DNA of 64,000 nucleotides, taken from contig JACPJO010000003.1 of assembly GCA_016187485.1 (NCBI GenBank), forward strand, positions 25,587 through 89,586, written 5' to 3'. This document shows positions 8,558 through 17,478 of this stretch, piece after piece. This DNA is from Candidatus Uhrbacteria bacterium (lineage in GTDB: Bacteria > Patescibacteriota > Patescibacteriia > UBA9934 > UBA10169). Every line of letters begins with the position of its first letter. Position 1 is the stretch's first letter. The translations under genes and the position numbers were made by a program. The notes beneath the pieces are model-generated. The model ran no database searches, was not told where the DNA came from, and was given only the letters and a program-made list of their open reading frames with translations.

Positions 8558-9919
8558 ATGCACAGCAAGATCCCTCTCTCCCCTGCCTACACGAAGAAGT
8601 TGCGCATGCGCGAGGCGCTGTTCGAACCCGCCCAGCTCCTTCCTGTCCAGGAACGTCTGCTTCGCTCCATCGGCAAGTATCGCTACACGGACCTCATCCG
8701 CGCGACGCTTGGCCGGCACCTCAACATGGAGGAGGCATTCGTCGCGATGTGCTACGCCCTTCGGGCCTCCAACGGCTACCTCGAACGCCTGTACCTCTCC
8801 GGACTTGACGATTTCGGCGAAACCGGAAACGTCATGGCGGCGCGGGAGATGCTCTCGGGTCTGGCCATGAAGGAGGCGTGGGCGCATCTTACGCCCTCTG
8901 AGATTGCCGGGATGGTCGCGGCAACCATGATGGATGTCATGCGCTTCCCCGCATACGGGGACCGTGTCTTCGAGAACTGCGGCATGGGAGGGGATCGCGG
9001 TGTTCAGTTCAACGGAGAGCCGTTCCGTCGCAAGACGATCAATGGCTCTACGCTCTCCACTCTCGTGCTGGCTACTCTGCGCATCATCCAGACGGCGAAG
9101 CACGGTTCCTACGCCAACACGTCTGCCGTGGGCTCAACGGACGCTATCGAGCACCTCGGCGTCCGCGTGGACCTGCCGAACGTTGGGGTGCAGAATCGTC
9201 TCGCTGCGCTCGGTTTCCACTTCACCGATGCCCACGCGTGGAAGACGATTCACGATCTCTCTCACGCGGAGCCGCGTCGGGAGACGGTGAACCACATCGT
9301 GGGACCGCTTACGCCCCCGATCCACCCGGACATCGAACTCTTCAAGATCGTCGGCGTGAGCGAGAAGATGCATCCGCAGATCGTCGCCAAAGCCCTTGCG
9401 GTTCTGGGTGACGAGGGGGTCTTCCGCCTCAAGCACGCTGCCGCCGTGTGTGGACTCGAACGCGTTATCGACGTCGAGGAAGTCTCCGTGCACGAGCGCG
9501 TGCGTAGTGTCACGGTCCTCGACGAGCTCTCGCCTATCGCTTCGGCGGTGGCCATTGTGAGGAACGGGGAGTACTGCGGTACGCATATTCTCACGCCGAG
9601 CATGTTCGGCACCGCTCCTTTCAAGAACCCGCTCTCGGTGTTTGTAGAGAATACGGTGGAGCGCATCATGGAGGCAAACCGCACCGCGCTCTCGGGCGTG
9701 GACGATGGAAGGGACCTCGTTCCCTTCCTCGCCATGAATGCGGCGTTCAGCCTCTACCTGGTGGACTGCCTCACGGATGATCCTGTGTCCGAGACACGGC
9801 CGCCGTCCAGGGATGCTCTCTCCACTTGCTACCAGCGCTGCCTCGATGTGCTCCAAAGCGGGCGCGTCAAGCAGTTCGTCGACGGTTACGCCGAGCGGAG
9901 CCAGACGATTCAAGACTGA
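8558..9919 (+). CDS. glycosyltransferase family 3 protein (anthranilate phosphoribosyltransferase TrpD-like), divergent with long N-terminus
   Basis: ENCGMGGDRG...KHGSYANTSAVGSTDAIEHLG and NHIVGPLTPP resemble the TrpD/family-3 CGTGGDG, KHGN...S and GPLTNP motifs. Start placed at the ATG with GGAGG 7 nt upstream; the track ORF start at 8456 would run through the T-box leader. Confidence 0.6.
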   Translation: MHSKIPLSPAYTKKLRMREALFEPAQLLPVQERLLRSIGKYRYTDLIRATLGRHLNMEEAFVAMCYALRASNGYLERLYLSGLDDFGETGNVMAAREMLSGLAMKEAWAHLTPSEIAGMVAATMMDVMRFPAYGDRVFENCGMGGDRGVQFNGEPFRRKTINGSTLSTLVLATLRIIQTAKHGSYANTSAVGSTDAIEHLGVRVDLPNVGVQNRLAALGFHFTDAHAWKTIHDLSHAEPRRETVNHIVGPLTPPIHPDIELFKIVGVSEKMHPQIVAKALAVLGDEGVFRLKHAAAVCGLERVIDVEEVSVHERVRSVTVLDELSPIASAVAIVRNGEYCGTHILTPSMFGTAPFKNPLSVFVENTVERIMEANRTALSGVDDGRDLVPFLAMNAAFSLYLVDCLTDDPVSETRPPSRDALSTCYQRCLDVLQSGRVKQFVDGYAERSQTIQD

Positions 9920-9965
9920 CGTTCTTTTCTTTCGGGCCTCCACGGGGGCCCTTTCCAAATTGACT

Positions 9966-10781
9966 ATGAATTCTTGTTTGTCACCACAAGTTATTGGGAT
10001 GGTGCACTTTTCCCCTCTGAATGGCGATCCGGCCTATCCAGGTGAAAAGATTCTTTTTGATCGAGCTCTCGCTGATATCCACGCCCTGCAAAATGGCGGA
10101 GTAGATGCCATCATGTTTGAGAATAATTTTGACAACCCAAAGTTTGAAATACTTCCCAAAGAACAGGCAGAGTCTTTTTCTTTACTTGTCGAGCGACTTC
10201 TTCCGAAAGTGAAGCTTCCATGGGGAGTGAGTGCTCTGTGGAATGATTATCGTCTGGCACTTTCTCTTTGCCAAAAGTTCGGCGGGGTGATGGTGCGCGT
10301 TCCGGTGTTTGCCGACCAAGTTGAGACGGTCTACGGGATCTTCGATGGACATCCAGAAGACGTTCTGTCATTCCGGTCGTCTATCGGCGCGGATCATGTA
10401 AAGATTTACGTAGACGTGCAAGTGAAGCATGCACGATTGACACAACCCCGCCCGCTTGCCGAATCCATCGCTGACACTGTTTCTTACCCGATTGACGGCA
10501 TCATTCTTACGGGGTCTTGGACAGGCGATCCACCGTCGGTGGAGGATTGCCAGCTTGCACGCTCTCTCGCTCCACGTCACATGGAAGTACTGACAGGAAG
10601 TGGCATGACGAGTGAAAATATCGGCGCTTTTCTTCCGTACATGCAGGGTTGTATTATTGGGACGGCGTTTAAAGAAGTAAAAGGACCCCAAAAGAGTGGG
10701 CCAAATGTTGTCGGGCCAGAGGTGCGTTACGATCCAGAACGAGTACAGGGGTTTATGCAAAAGATCCGGTGGCATACTTAG
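9966..10781 (+). CDS. BtpA/SgcQ-family TIM-barrel protein
   Basis: N-terminal VIGMVHFSPLNGDP matches the BtpA family signature. Lies in a low-GC (about 48%) islet. Confidence 0.55.
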   Translation: MNSCLSPQVIGMVHFSPLNGDPAYPGEKILFDRALADIHALQNGGVDAIMFENNFDNPKFEILPKEQAESFSLLVERLLPKVKLPWGVSALWNDYRLALSLCQKFGGVMVRVPVFADQVETVYGIFDGHPEDVLSFRSSIGADHVKIYVDVQVKHARLTQPRPLAESIADTVSYPIDGIILTGSWTGDPPSVEDCQLARSLAPRHMEVLTGSGMTSENIGAFLPYMQGCIIGTAFKEVKGPQKSGPNVVGPEVRYDPERVQGFMQKIRWHT

Positions 10782-10796
10782 CCAAAAGGATAGGAG

Positions 10797-11324
10797 ATGC
10801 ACTTGCAAAAGCTCATTCTCTTTGTCTGTAGGGGGAACATCCATCGCTCTGTGGTTGCCGAGCTTCTGGCGCGCAAGCTTCTTGTGGCGAACGGCCACCC
10901 GGATGTAGAGGTTGGGTCCCGTGGCCTGCAGTGGTACATGGGCGAACCGCCTCGCCATCCAAATCTGATGCATTACCCGTCGGCGTGGGAAGGATCGCGG
11001 GAAGCTCTTGCCGAGCGTGAAGTTGATGTGTCCCGGCACATTGCTCGTCGGCTTGAGCTTGAGGACATGGAGCGCGCAGATGCTGTCATTGTGATGGATC
11101 AGGAACTTCTCCGAGACAGTCCGACGAGTGTTCTCAACCTCTTCCCTTCGTATGGGGAGAAGACGCATCTCTTCTCCGAGCTGATTGACAAGATTCAAGA
11201 TGTAGAAGATCGTGGTGAGTACGCAAGCACGTCCGAGTATCGTGCAGCCGTGGAGGAAATCGAATCGACGCTCGTTTCCGGCCTGCCCCGCCTTCTCTTG
11301 TGGGTCGGTGAGGGTGTTCCTTAG
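10797..11324 (+). CDS. low-molecular-weight protein tyrosine phosphatase / ArsC-like
   Basis: P-loop VCRGNIHRS (C-X5-R) 10 residues from the N-terminus. Size 175 aa. Confidence 0.7.
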   Translation: MHLQKLILFVCRGNIHRSVVAELLARKLLVANGHPDVEVGSRGLQWYMGEPPRHPNLMHYPSAWEGSREALAEREVDVSRHIARRLELEDMERADAVIVMDQELLRDSPTSVLNLFPSYGEKTHLFSELIDKIQDVEDRGEYASTSEYRAAVEEIESTLVSGLPRLLLWVGEGVP

Positions 11325-11347
11325 CAATTTTCCATAGAGGTTTTGCA

Positions 11348-12319
11348 ATGAATCTTCCCGCTTACTTCTGGCATGTGCACAGCAATAACCCAAGCGGCGG
11401 GCCCAAGGTCATGGTCTTGGGCGGCACGCATGGGGATGAGCACACGGGACTCTGGGTCGTCCATCATCTGCTCAAGAAGTTCGGCATCGAGGGCGCGCCC
11501 TGCGGTTCGTACCAGGCCAATGGGATGTTGGGCGATCTCTACATCGGGATCGGCAACCCAGAGGCGGTTCTGCGCGGCGTGCGCGGTGTCTCCATCGAGA
11601 AGGACCTGAACCGGTGCTTCGAACCGATGGTCATGGACAGTCCGGCCAACACGTTCCACGATGTCATGCGGGCGCGGGAACTCTTCCCGCTCCTCTGTCA
11701 GATGGACTACCTCTTCGACATCCATGCCGTGAGCAACCCCAAAGCCTCACCCTTCGTCTGCTTCGGCAAGATGACGCCCGAGCACCGGCGGCTGTGCGAC
11801 CTCATTCCGGTCCGGCACATCCTCACGGACCCCGACAACATCCTGCCCACGGACGATCCGGGAAGCCAGATGCTCTCGACGACCGACGCGGTCGTGGACC
11901 GCAACGGCGGGACGGCGATCACCTACGAGACCGGCTTCCAGAGCGATGCATCCAAGCTCCCGCGGGCGATCCGTGTGCTCGTGCGGCTCCTGTGCGGGGA
12001 AGGGGCAGGGGTGATCGACGACCGTCTTGCACGGCACATCCTCAAGGGCGTCAAGTACGTGCGCCCTACGATGCCCGATCAACGCGTGTTCGCGCTGACC
12101 CATTGCCTCGTTGCCAGGAGCACAGACCTCGGGTTCGAGCATGGGAAGAAGAGCATGCTCAAGAACTGGCACCCTGTGTGCAAGGGGGAGCGCTACGGAC
12201 GCTACACGGATGATGGAGAGGTCGTCCTCATTCCGGCGGACGGGTTCATCGTTTTTCCCACGAAGCCCGACCGGATGAAGCCCAACAAGGCGATGGTCTA
12301 CATCGCCCGTGCACTCTAG
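11348..12319 (+). CDS. succinylglutamate desuccinylase/aspartoacylase (AstE/AspA, M14-like) family deacylase
   Basis: GGTHGDEHTG zinc-binding motif near the N-terminus. 323 aa. Confidence 0.65.
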   Translation: MNLPAYFWHVHSNNPSGGPKVMVLGGTHGDEHTGLWVVHHLLKKFGIEGAPCGSYQANGMLGDLYIGIGNPEAVLRGVRGVSIEKDLNRCFEPMVMDSPANTFHDVMRARELFPLLCQMDYLFDIHAVSNPKASPFVCFGKMTPEHRRLCDLIPVRHILTDPDNILPTDDPGSQMLSTTDAVVDRNGGTAITYETGFQSDASKLPRAIRVLVRLLCGEGAGVIDDRLARHILKGVKYVRPTMPDQRVFALTHCLVARSTDLGFEHGKKSMLKNWHPVCKGERYGRYTDDGEVVLIPADGFIVFPTKPDRMKPNKAMVYIARAL

Positions 12320-12342
12320 GGATCCATGATCTCTTTCTCTCC

Positions 12343-12371
12343 CTCGTCCACGGACGAGGTTTCGACTTTTT
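12343..12371 (+). terminator. rho-independent terminator
   Basis: CCUCGUC-ACG-GACGAGG hairpin plus UUUCGACUUUUU. Confidence 0.4.
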
Positions 12372-12428
12372 ACAGCGTTTCGAAAACCCGCCGATGTGCA
12401 GCGGGTAGGACTTCTCTGGCGGCGTTCT

Positions 12429-12878
12429 CTAGCCAAGCCGTTCGAAGTATTGAAGAAATGTACGTGCGTCGCCCTTGCGGCTCGAAGAAAAAAAGCGTCG
12501 TCCATGCCGAGTGTCCACCGCGTAGAGGAGGTTCTGACGGTCGGCGAGCATCATGCGCTGGTAGACGGTGCCATTTGCCACCCGGAAGAATTTATACGTC
12601 GCGAACGTGACAGGCACGCGTTCCTCGAACGCGTGGGCATCCTCTTCCGTACCAAAGCCCGCGCGGACAAGGCGTACTCCCTCCTTCATGCGACTCCCGA
12701 GAAGGTGGAAGTAGTCCGTCGGGAGCGGCTTTGTGAGTTCCTCTGCAAGGTCCATGGTTACCAGAATCTCCTCCCTTGCATTACCAACGAGGGACATGGC
12801 AAGGGAAAGAATCTGGTCTGCCGGAACGCAACAGCGACCGACAAGGAGCCGGCACAATTGCTGTTTAATCATGTGCAC
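12429..12878 (-). CDS. hypothetical protein (149 aa)
   Basis: Balanced composition, and a divergent promoter-like region lies between it and the 13022 gene. The overlapping plus-strand ORF 12396-13025 is K/R-rich and would cover the RBS of the next gene. Confidence 0.4.
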   Translation of the reverse strand: MHMIKQQLCRLLVGRCCVPADQILSLAMSLVGNAREEILVTMDLAEELTKPLPTDYFHLLGSRMKEGVRLVRAGFGTEEDAHAFEERVPVTFATYKFFRVANGTVYQRMMLADRQNLLYAVDTRHGRRFFSSSRKGDARTFLQYFERLG

Positions 12879-13021
12879 CTCGATCCGTGTTTAAGATACA
12901 GGAAGCGCGGATACCAAGCAATCTTCCTCTTTCAGCGTTCCGTGCCGGGCAAGTTATCCACAAAAATGTTTGCGCGAAAGGTGCTTGTTTTGAATACTCG
13001 AGTCCTAGGAGGTGCCAAGCC

Positions 13022-13963
13022 ATGACGGATCTCGGTATTGCTGCATCGGTCGCGGCCAACCAGATGCACGGGGACGATGGAGACGGTCGGATTATTCTCG
13101 CTCACGGCGACATCCGCCCTCTGCAGAGTCAGGTTGAGTCTGCTCATCAGACGCTCGACAACGTGGACCAGATCTTCCCCCTCGAAACGGGGGAAGGGGG
13201 GTCGGCGCCGGTCGAGGTTGATACGTCGGCCAACATGCTCGCGCCTCCGCCCCGCACTGACCCGGAGATCATCCGGCAGCTCTGGGAGAAGGTGAAGGAC
13301 ATGCGACGTCGCCGCCGGGCGCGGATCGATGAAGCGTGGAGGCGGTTGGGTGAGCTCGGTCGCGCGGCAGTCGAGCAGGCCGGCCCGCCTTCGACGGATG
13401 CTGTCGCAGTGGCTCTGCGTGAAATCGTGGGGCACGCGTACGCGGCCGCCGAGGTTACCGAGACGCTCCAGCGCCTGGGAGTGCTCGTCTCGTCGCGGCA
13501 GTCTCTTCTCGAGACCATGCTCTTCTGGCGCCTGTCCGAGTCCGTTCGGACCGAGATGCGCCACCAGGACCTCCTTACCCTCGTGAACGTGTTCATCGAG
13601 GTCGAGGAAGGGTTCCCCTACGCCTGGCCGTTTCAATTGTCGCCGCTCGTGTTCCCCTTCATCTCGGAAGAGGCGAATCATGCCCTCGCGCTCCTTGAGG
13701 GCAAGGCTTTGGCCTGTTGGGCTCCGGAAGGGGACGACGAGCGCGCGCCGGTGGTGCACGACCTGGCGCTTGAAGTGCTTCACGCGGCCACTGTCTGCGC
13801 AGGCTCTTCGCGCGAGGCATGTGCGCACGACCTCAACTGGAGCAACTGGCGCTACGCCATGATGACGCTCAAGCGCTACCCCAAGTACTGGCGACTGTGG
13901 GGCGACGCGCTCCAGTTCCTCTCCGTTCATTTTTTCGGATCGACGCTCCTCGAGAACGTCTGA
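13022..13963 (+). CDS. hypothetical protein (313 aa)
   Basis: ATG with AGGAGG 8 nt upstream. TTGCGC-N17-AATACT promoter-like element upstream. The antisense ORF 12932-14011 is R-rich. Confidence 0.55.
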   Translation: MTDLGIAASVAANQMHGDDGDGRIILAHGDIRPLQSQVESAHQTLDNVDQIFPLETGEGGSAPVEVDTSANMLAPPPRTDPEIIRQLWEKVKDMRRRRRARIDEAWRRLGELGRAAVEQAGPPSTDAVAVALREIVGHAYAAAEVTETLQRLGVLVSSRQSLLETMLFWRLSESVRTEMRHQDLLTLVNVFIEVEEGFPYAWPFQLSPLVFPFISEEANHALALLEGKALACWAPEGDDERAPVVHDLALEVLHAATVCAGSSREACAHDLNWSNWRYAMMTLKRYPKYWRLWGDALQFLSVHFFGSTLLENV

Positions 13964-13976
13964 CACGACTTTTCTT

Positions 13977-14005
13977 GCGACGCCAAAAGCGTCGCTTTCG
14001 ACTTT
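13977..14005 (+). terminator. rho-independent terminator
   Basis: GCGACGC-CAAAA-GCGUCGC plus UUUCGACUUU. Confidence 0.45.
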
Positions 14006-14338
14006 ATACACACAGGCGCCCCGTTTTGTCGGAAACTCCTGACAACACTTTTGCGCAAGAATGAGTTGTTTTCGTAACCCTTGTTGGAAACTAATGACAG
14101 AAACTGCTTAGTTTAGCCAAAAAACCATTGACAAAACCGCATTTTTCTGGCGTAATGACACTGTTAACACGCTCGATATGCCCACAAATATATCGAGGAC
14201 CGCCGGCGGTCGGTAATCGCGAGGATGGAGGTGCTACAATCTATAGAGCTCGTGTGCGTCCGTGTGGAATGCTTATGGATGTACATGTGGCCACACGACT
14301 TTTTGGACAGTCCCTTATGGGACAAGCATCTCATCTAT

Positions 14339-14944
14339 ATGATGTCCCCTGAACGTATTGGATATCTACTCCTAGGCCTCACCCTCGCGGCCGCCGTTTT
14401 GTACGGACTCTTCGAGCTTCGGGCCCGTACGAACACACAACCGTCGTCGCAGGCGGAATCGAGAGAGGGGGAGACCCCGCTTCCGCCTGGCGATGAACTT
14501 GATCGGATCTTGGCTTCACTACCTTCGTCGGAACGTTCCACGTTCGATCCTGCATCGATCGAGTGGGTTCCCTACACCGACGGCACGGACAAGTTTTTCC
14601 TCGAACGTCCGCGTGGGTGGGAAATAACCGAGACGGCTCATGCAACCTATCCGGAGGCTCGACGCATTACCGTAGTCGAGGGGCAAGCGGCGTTCACAAT
14701 CTATCCGCGCGGGGAATTCGACTACGGTCTTCCGGCGCGTCCGTCAGCCAGTACGGCGGTCGCGGTAAGTGGACGACCGGCGACTCTGCGTGAGTGGAAT
14801 CTGCCAGATGGGTCTTGGCTTGCTGTTGCGACGCTCGATGAGCAGCCAACCGAGGGATTCCGCATCGAACTCTCGGTTCTGAATCCAAGTCTTGTCTCAC
14901 AGCAGATTCTACGCGAGATGCTTAGTCGCTTTCAGCTTCTCTAA
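14339..14944 (+). CDS. hypothetical membrane-anchored/secreted protein
   Basis: Start placed at MMSPERIGYLLLGLTLAAAVLYG (N-terminal hydrophobic anchor). The longer upstream extension lacks coding character. Confidence 0.4.
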   Translation: MMSPERIGYLLLGLTLAAAVLYGLFELRARTNTQPSSQAESREGETPLPPGDELDRILASLPSSERSTFDPASIEWVPYTDGTDKFFLERPRGWEITETAHATYPEARRITVVEGQAAFTIYPRGEFDYGLPARPSASTAVAVSGRPATLREWNLPDGSWLAVATLDEQPTEGFRIELSVLNPSLVSQQILREMLSRFQLL

Positions 14945-15050
14945 ATTTTTCTCCCAGATCTCCCTTGCTTCCTGCCTAGGATAGCAGGGGAGGTCTCCCA
15001 AGTAATTCTGCTTGGGCGGTCTCACGGTGATTCTGTCACTGGAGAGAGCC

Positions 15051-17342
15051 ATGTTTCGTGTTCCTTTCTTTCCTTCCATCCGCTTCCTGCCCCGCGTGTT
15101 CTGGATCGTCATGGCGTTCTTCCTGTTCTGCGAGAACGGCTGCAACCTGAAGAGCGCGGACGACATCGCCGCCCTGCGCGCGGAACATCCGGACGGTGCC
15201 AACACGGGCGGCGAGGACACGGGCCACGGTGAGGACGACGAGTCCCCGCCGCTGCCCGGCGGCAACGACGACGGCGGCGAGGGCGGACCCACCGACGAGT
15301 GGGGGAACCCACTCCCGCTCCTCTCGCTTCCCTTCGAGGAAGGCGACGCACGTCTGTGCACGCAAGGTGCCAACGACCTGCCGACGCACCAGTTCCCCTC
15401 CACCAAGTGGGGGGTGGACTGGGACACGAGCAACACGGTGGACGAACCGGTGTTCTCGCCGGTGCCGGGTGTGGTACACGTGCACGACGACCCCACGAAC
15501 GGGTTCGGCCGGCACGTGTGCGTGGAACTTGACGATGCGATCAACCGCTCCGTCTGTCTGGCCCACCTCGACGCGATTTTCGTCGCCGACGGCACTCACG
15601 TGCAGGCGGGACAGATCATCGGCATCGAAGGATGCACTGGCAACTGCACGGGCGACCACGTCCACATGGGGCTCATGGAGGGCGACCCCTCGGCAAGCGC
15701 CGACGACCTCCTCTCGATTCCCTTCGCGTACCAGACGCGTGACGTAACGACGGATGAAGTCATGGCCTACAGCCTGCCGGTCGAAGACCTTGTCTGCGGC
15801 CTCACGACGGGACATCACTACGAGTCGCAGCTGCGCGCGCCGCGCTGGCACCCCGACGGGGTGCTCGTGCAAGTACCGGGCAGCCCCGACATCTACGTGG
15901 TGGACCAGGGCACGCTCCACCTCATCGAGGACGAAGAAGTGTTCTCGAGCTACAACTGGAAATTCTCGAACGTCGTCCAGATCTCGCCGCGTGAGTTCGC
16001 GTGCTGGGACGTGGGGGAGACCCTCATGGTTCCCGAGTGCTACCGCGCCGCCGTAGATTCGAACGGGATGGCGTGGATGGCCTACGAGTGCGCGGACAAC
16101 CCCGGTCGTTTCCGGCGTCCCGTTCCTTTCCAGCCGGCGGAGGCCGTGCTTGACTCGTGGGGGATTGTCTCGGTGGCGCCCTCCGGCTCCGTGCTCGCGG
16201 CCACGCTCCTCTCCTACCCGGTCGGTGTCGGCCCTGCGTATCTGCGTGACGGCACGATCGTACGAGAAACGTCGAGCGATCAGCTCTACGTCATCATCGA
16301 GAGCGTCGCCATGCCTTTCGACGACCCCTCGGTGTGGGAAGTCCTGGGCCTCTCCCGGCTCCCCGTCATCGTCGTGCCAGACGGAACGCTCGAAAGCATC
16401 GTGCTCGCGACGGGCGACTGCGATGCCTATCAAGGGTGTGTGGACTGGACGCGCGTGCTGCAGTGTGGCGGCTCCATTTCCACCGACTGGGTGGAAGACG
16501 GCGGGACGGGCGGAGACGATCCTCCCGAAGACCCTGCTTGCCTCATGGATGCCGATGGAGATGGCGTGGTGGACTGTGACGACAACTGCCCGCTTCACGA
16601 CAACGCCGATCAGGGCGACGTGGACGCGGATGGTGTCGGCGACTCGTGCGATCCGGATGCCGACGGCGACAGCGTGCCAAACGGCGAGGACTGCGACATG
16701 TTCGACGCGAGTGTGGGCGAGTGCCCGCCTCCGGGCGACGACGATGCCGTGCCTGACGACGATGACGAAACGCCTCCAGCCGATGATGACGACTCGCACG
16801 ACGAGGAGCCGGAGCATCCGCCCGCAGACGACGACGCAACGGAGGACGTGCCTGACGACGACGTAACCGAAGAGCCGACGCCGTCCAGTGATGACGACAG
16901 CACGGATCCGCCCGAGGAACTCGAGGACGACCCAACGCCGCCGCCCACGCCCGACGATCCGCCGGTGATCGAGGGGACCTCGATTCTCGAGATCTTCTAC
17001 ACGCCGCCGCCGTTCCTTTCGCCCTACACCGAGATCTCTCTTTCGGGCGAGTACATTCTGGCGGACGGCTCCTACGGCCTCCTCTGGACGTCAGGACTCA
17101 TGACGATGGTGAACGCCGGAAGCCTCTACTTCCTTCTGCCCGGCGTCGCAAGCGGCGACACTTTCCGCTTCTCCATCGAGTTCTACGATGCGCCCATGAA
17201 CTACCTCAACTGGGCCTGCGTGCCGCCCGCGCCCTACGCAACGGCGGGCACGCTCTCGGCCTTCGTGGACGGCAACCCCGTCTCGATCGCCCTCATCGAC
17301 AACTTTCTCGGTGGTTGCGAAGACTTCGTCATGATTCCGTAA
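15051..17342 (+). CDS. large lipoprotein with M23 (LytM) peptidase domain, thrombospondin type-3-like Ca-binding Asp repeats and acidic tail
   Basis: GGAGAG RBS then MFRV...FFLFCENGC signal/lipobox. M23 motifs HxxxD...GxTGxCTGDHVHMGL. Repeats DADGDGVVDCDDNCP, DADGVGDSCDPDADGDS. D/E/P-rich low-complexity region. Confidence 0.75.
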   Translation: MFRVPFFPSIRFLPRVFWIVMAFFLFCENGCNLKSADDIAALRAEHPDGANTGGEDTGHGEDDESPPLPGGNDDGGEGGPTDEWGNPLPLLSLPFEEGDARLCTQGANDLPTHQFPSTKWGVDWDTSNTVDEPVFSPVPGVVHVHDDPTNGFGRHVCVELDDAINRSVCLAHLDAIFVADGTHVQAGQIIGIEGCTGNCTGDHVHMGLMEGDPSASADDLLSIPFAYQTRDVTTDEVMAYSLPVEDLVCGLTTGHHYESQLRAPRWHPDGVLVQVPGSPDIYVVDQGTLHLIEDEEVFSSYNWKFSNVVQISPREFACWDVGETLMVPECYRAAVDSNGMAWMAYECADNPGRFRRPVPFQPAEAVLDSWGIVSVAPSGSVLAATLLSYPVGVGPAYLRDGTIVRETSSDQLYVIIESVAMPFDDPSVWEVLGLSRLPVIVVPDGTLESIVLATGDCDAYQGCVDWTRVLQCGGSISTDWVEDGGTGGDDPPEDPACLMDADGDGVVDCDDNCPLHDNADQGDVDADGVGDSCDPDADGDSVPNGEDCDMFDASVGECPPPGDDDAVPDDDDETPPADDDDSHDEEPEHPPADDDATEDVPDDDVTEEPTPSSDDDSTDPPEELEDDPTPPPTPDDPPVIEGTSILEIFYTPPPFLSPYTEISLSGEYILADGSYGLLWTSGLMTMVNAGSLYFLLPGVASGDTFRFSIEFYDAPMNYLNWACVPPAPYATAGTLSAFVDGNPVSIALIDNFLGGCEDFVMIP

Positions 17343-17366
17343 GGGGAACGGACGCAACCACTCTTG

Positions 17367-17395
17367 CCCCGCCATTCGCGGGGCTTTCGAAATTT
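17367..17395 (+). terminator. rho-independent terminator
   Basis: CCCCGC-CAUUC-GCGGGG plus CUUUCGAAAUUU. Confidence 0.45.
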
Positions 17396-17439
17396 AGGAG
17401 GACTATTACTTCGGGGACCGTTCCCTCTATCGTTGTGGA

Positions 17440-17467
17440 AAGCTTTTTCCCCAGCGGTGCTATAATG
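17440..17467 (+). promoter_or_regulatory. extended -10 promoter (TGcTATAAT) about 12 nt upstream of the VirB6-like ATG (short leader)
   Basis: GGTGCTATAATG at 17456-17467. Start codon at 17479. Confidence 0.35.
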
Positions 17468-17478
17468 AACACCAGAAT

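Noticed and set aside
10368-11393. 341-aa minus-strand ORF spanning the BtpA 3' end, the LMW-PTP gene and the AstE start
   Set aside because: It runs antisense to three plus-strand genes with recognisable motifs and proper RBS/start spacing. No domain signal in the minus frame.
12932-14011. 359-aa minus-strand ORF opposite 13022-13963
   Set aside because: R-rich artefact. The plus-strand ORF has an AGGAGG RBS, a terminator and balanced composition.
15036-16948. Minus-strand ORFs 15036-16817, 16543-16935 and 16610-16948 opposite the M23 lipoprotein gene
   Set aside because: Arg/His/Val or Ser/Gly low-complexity translations of the antisense strand of an Asp-codon-rich (GAC/GAT repeats) gene.
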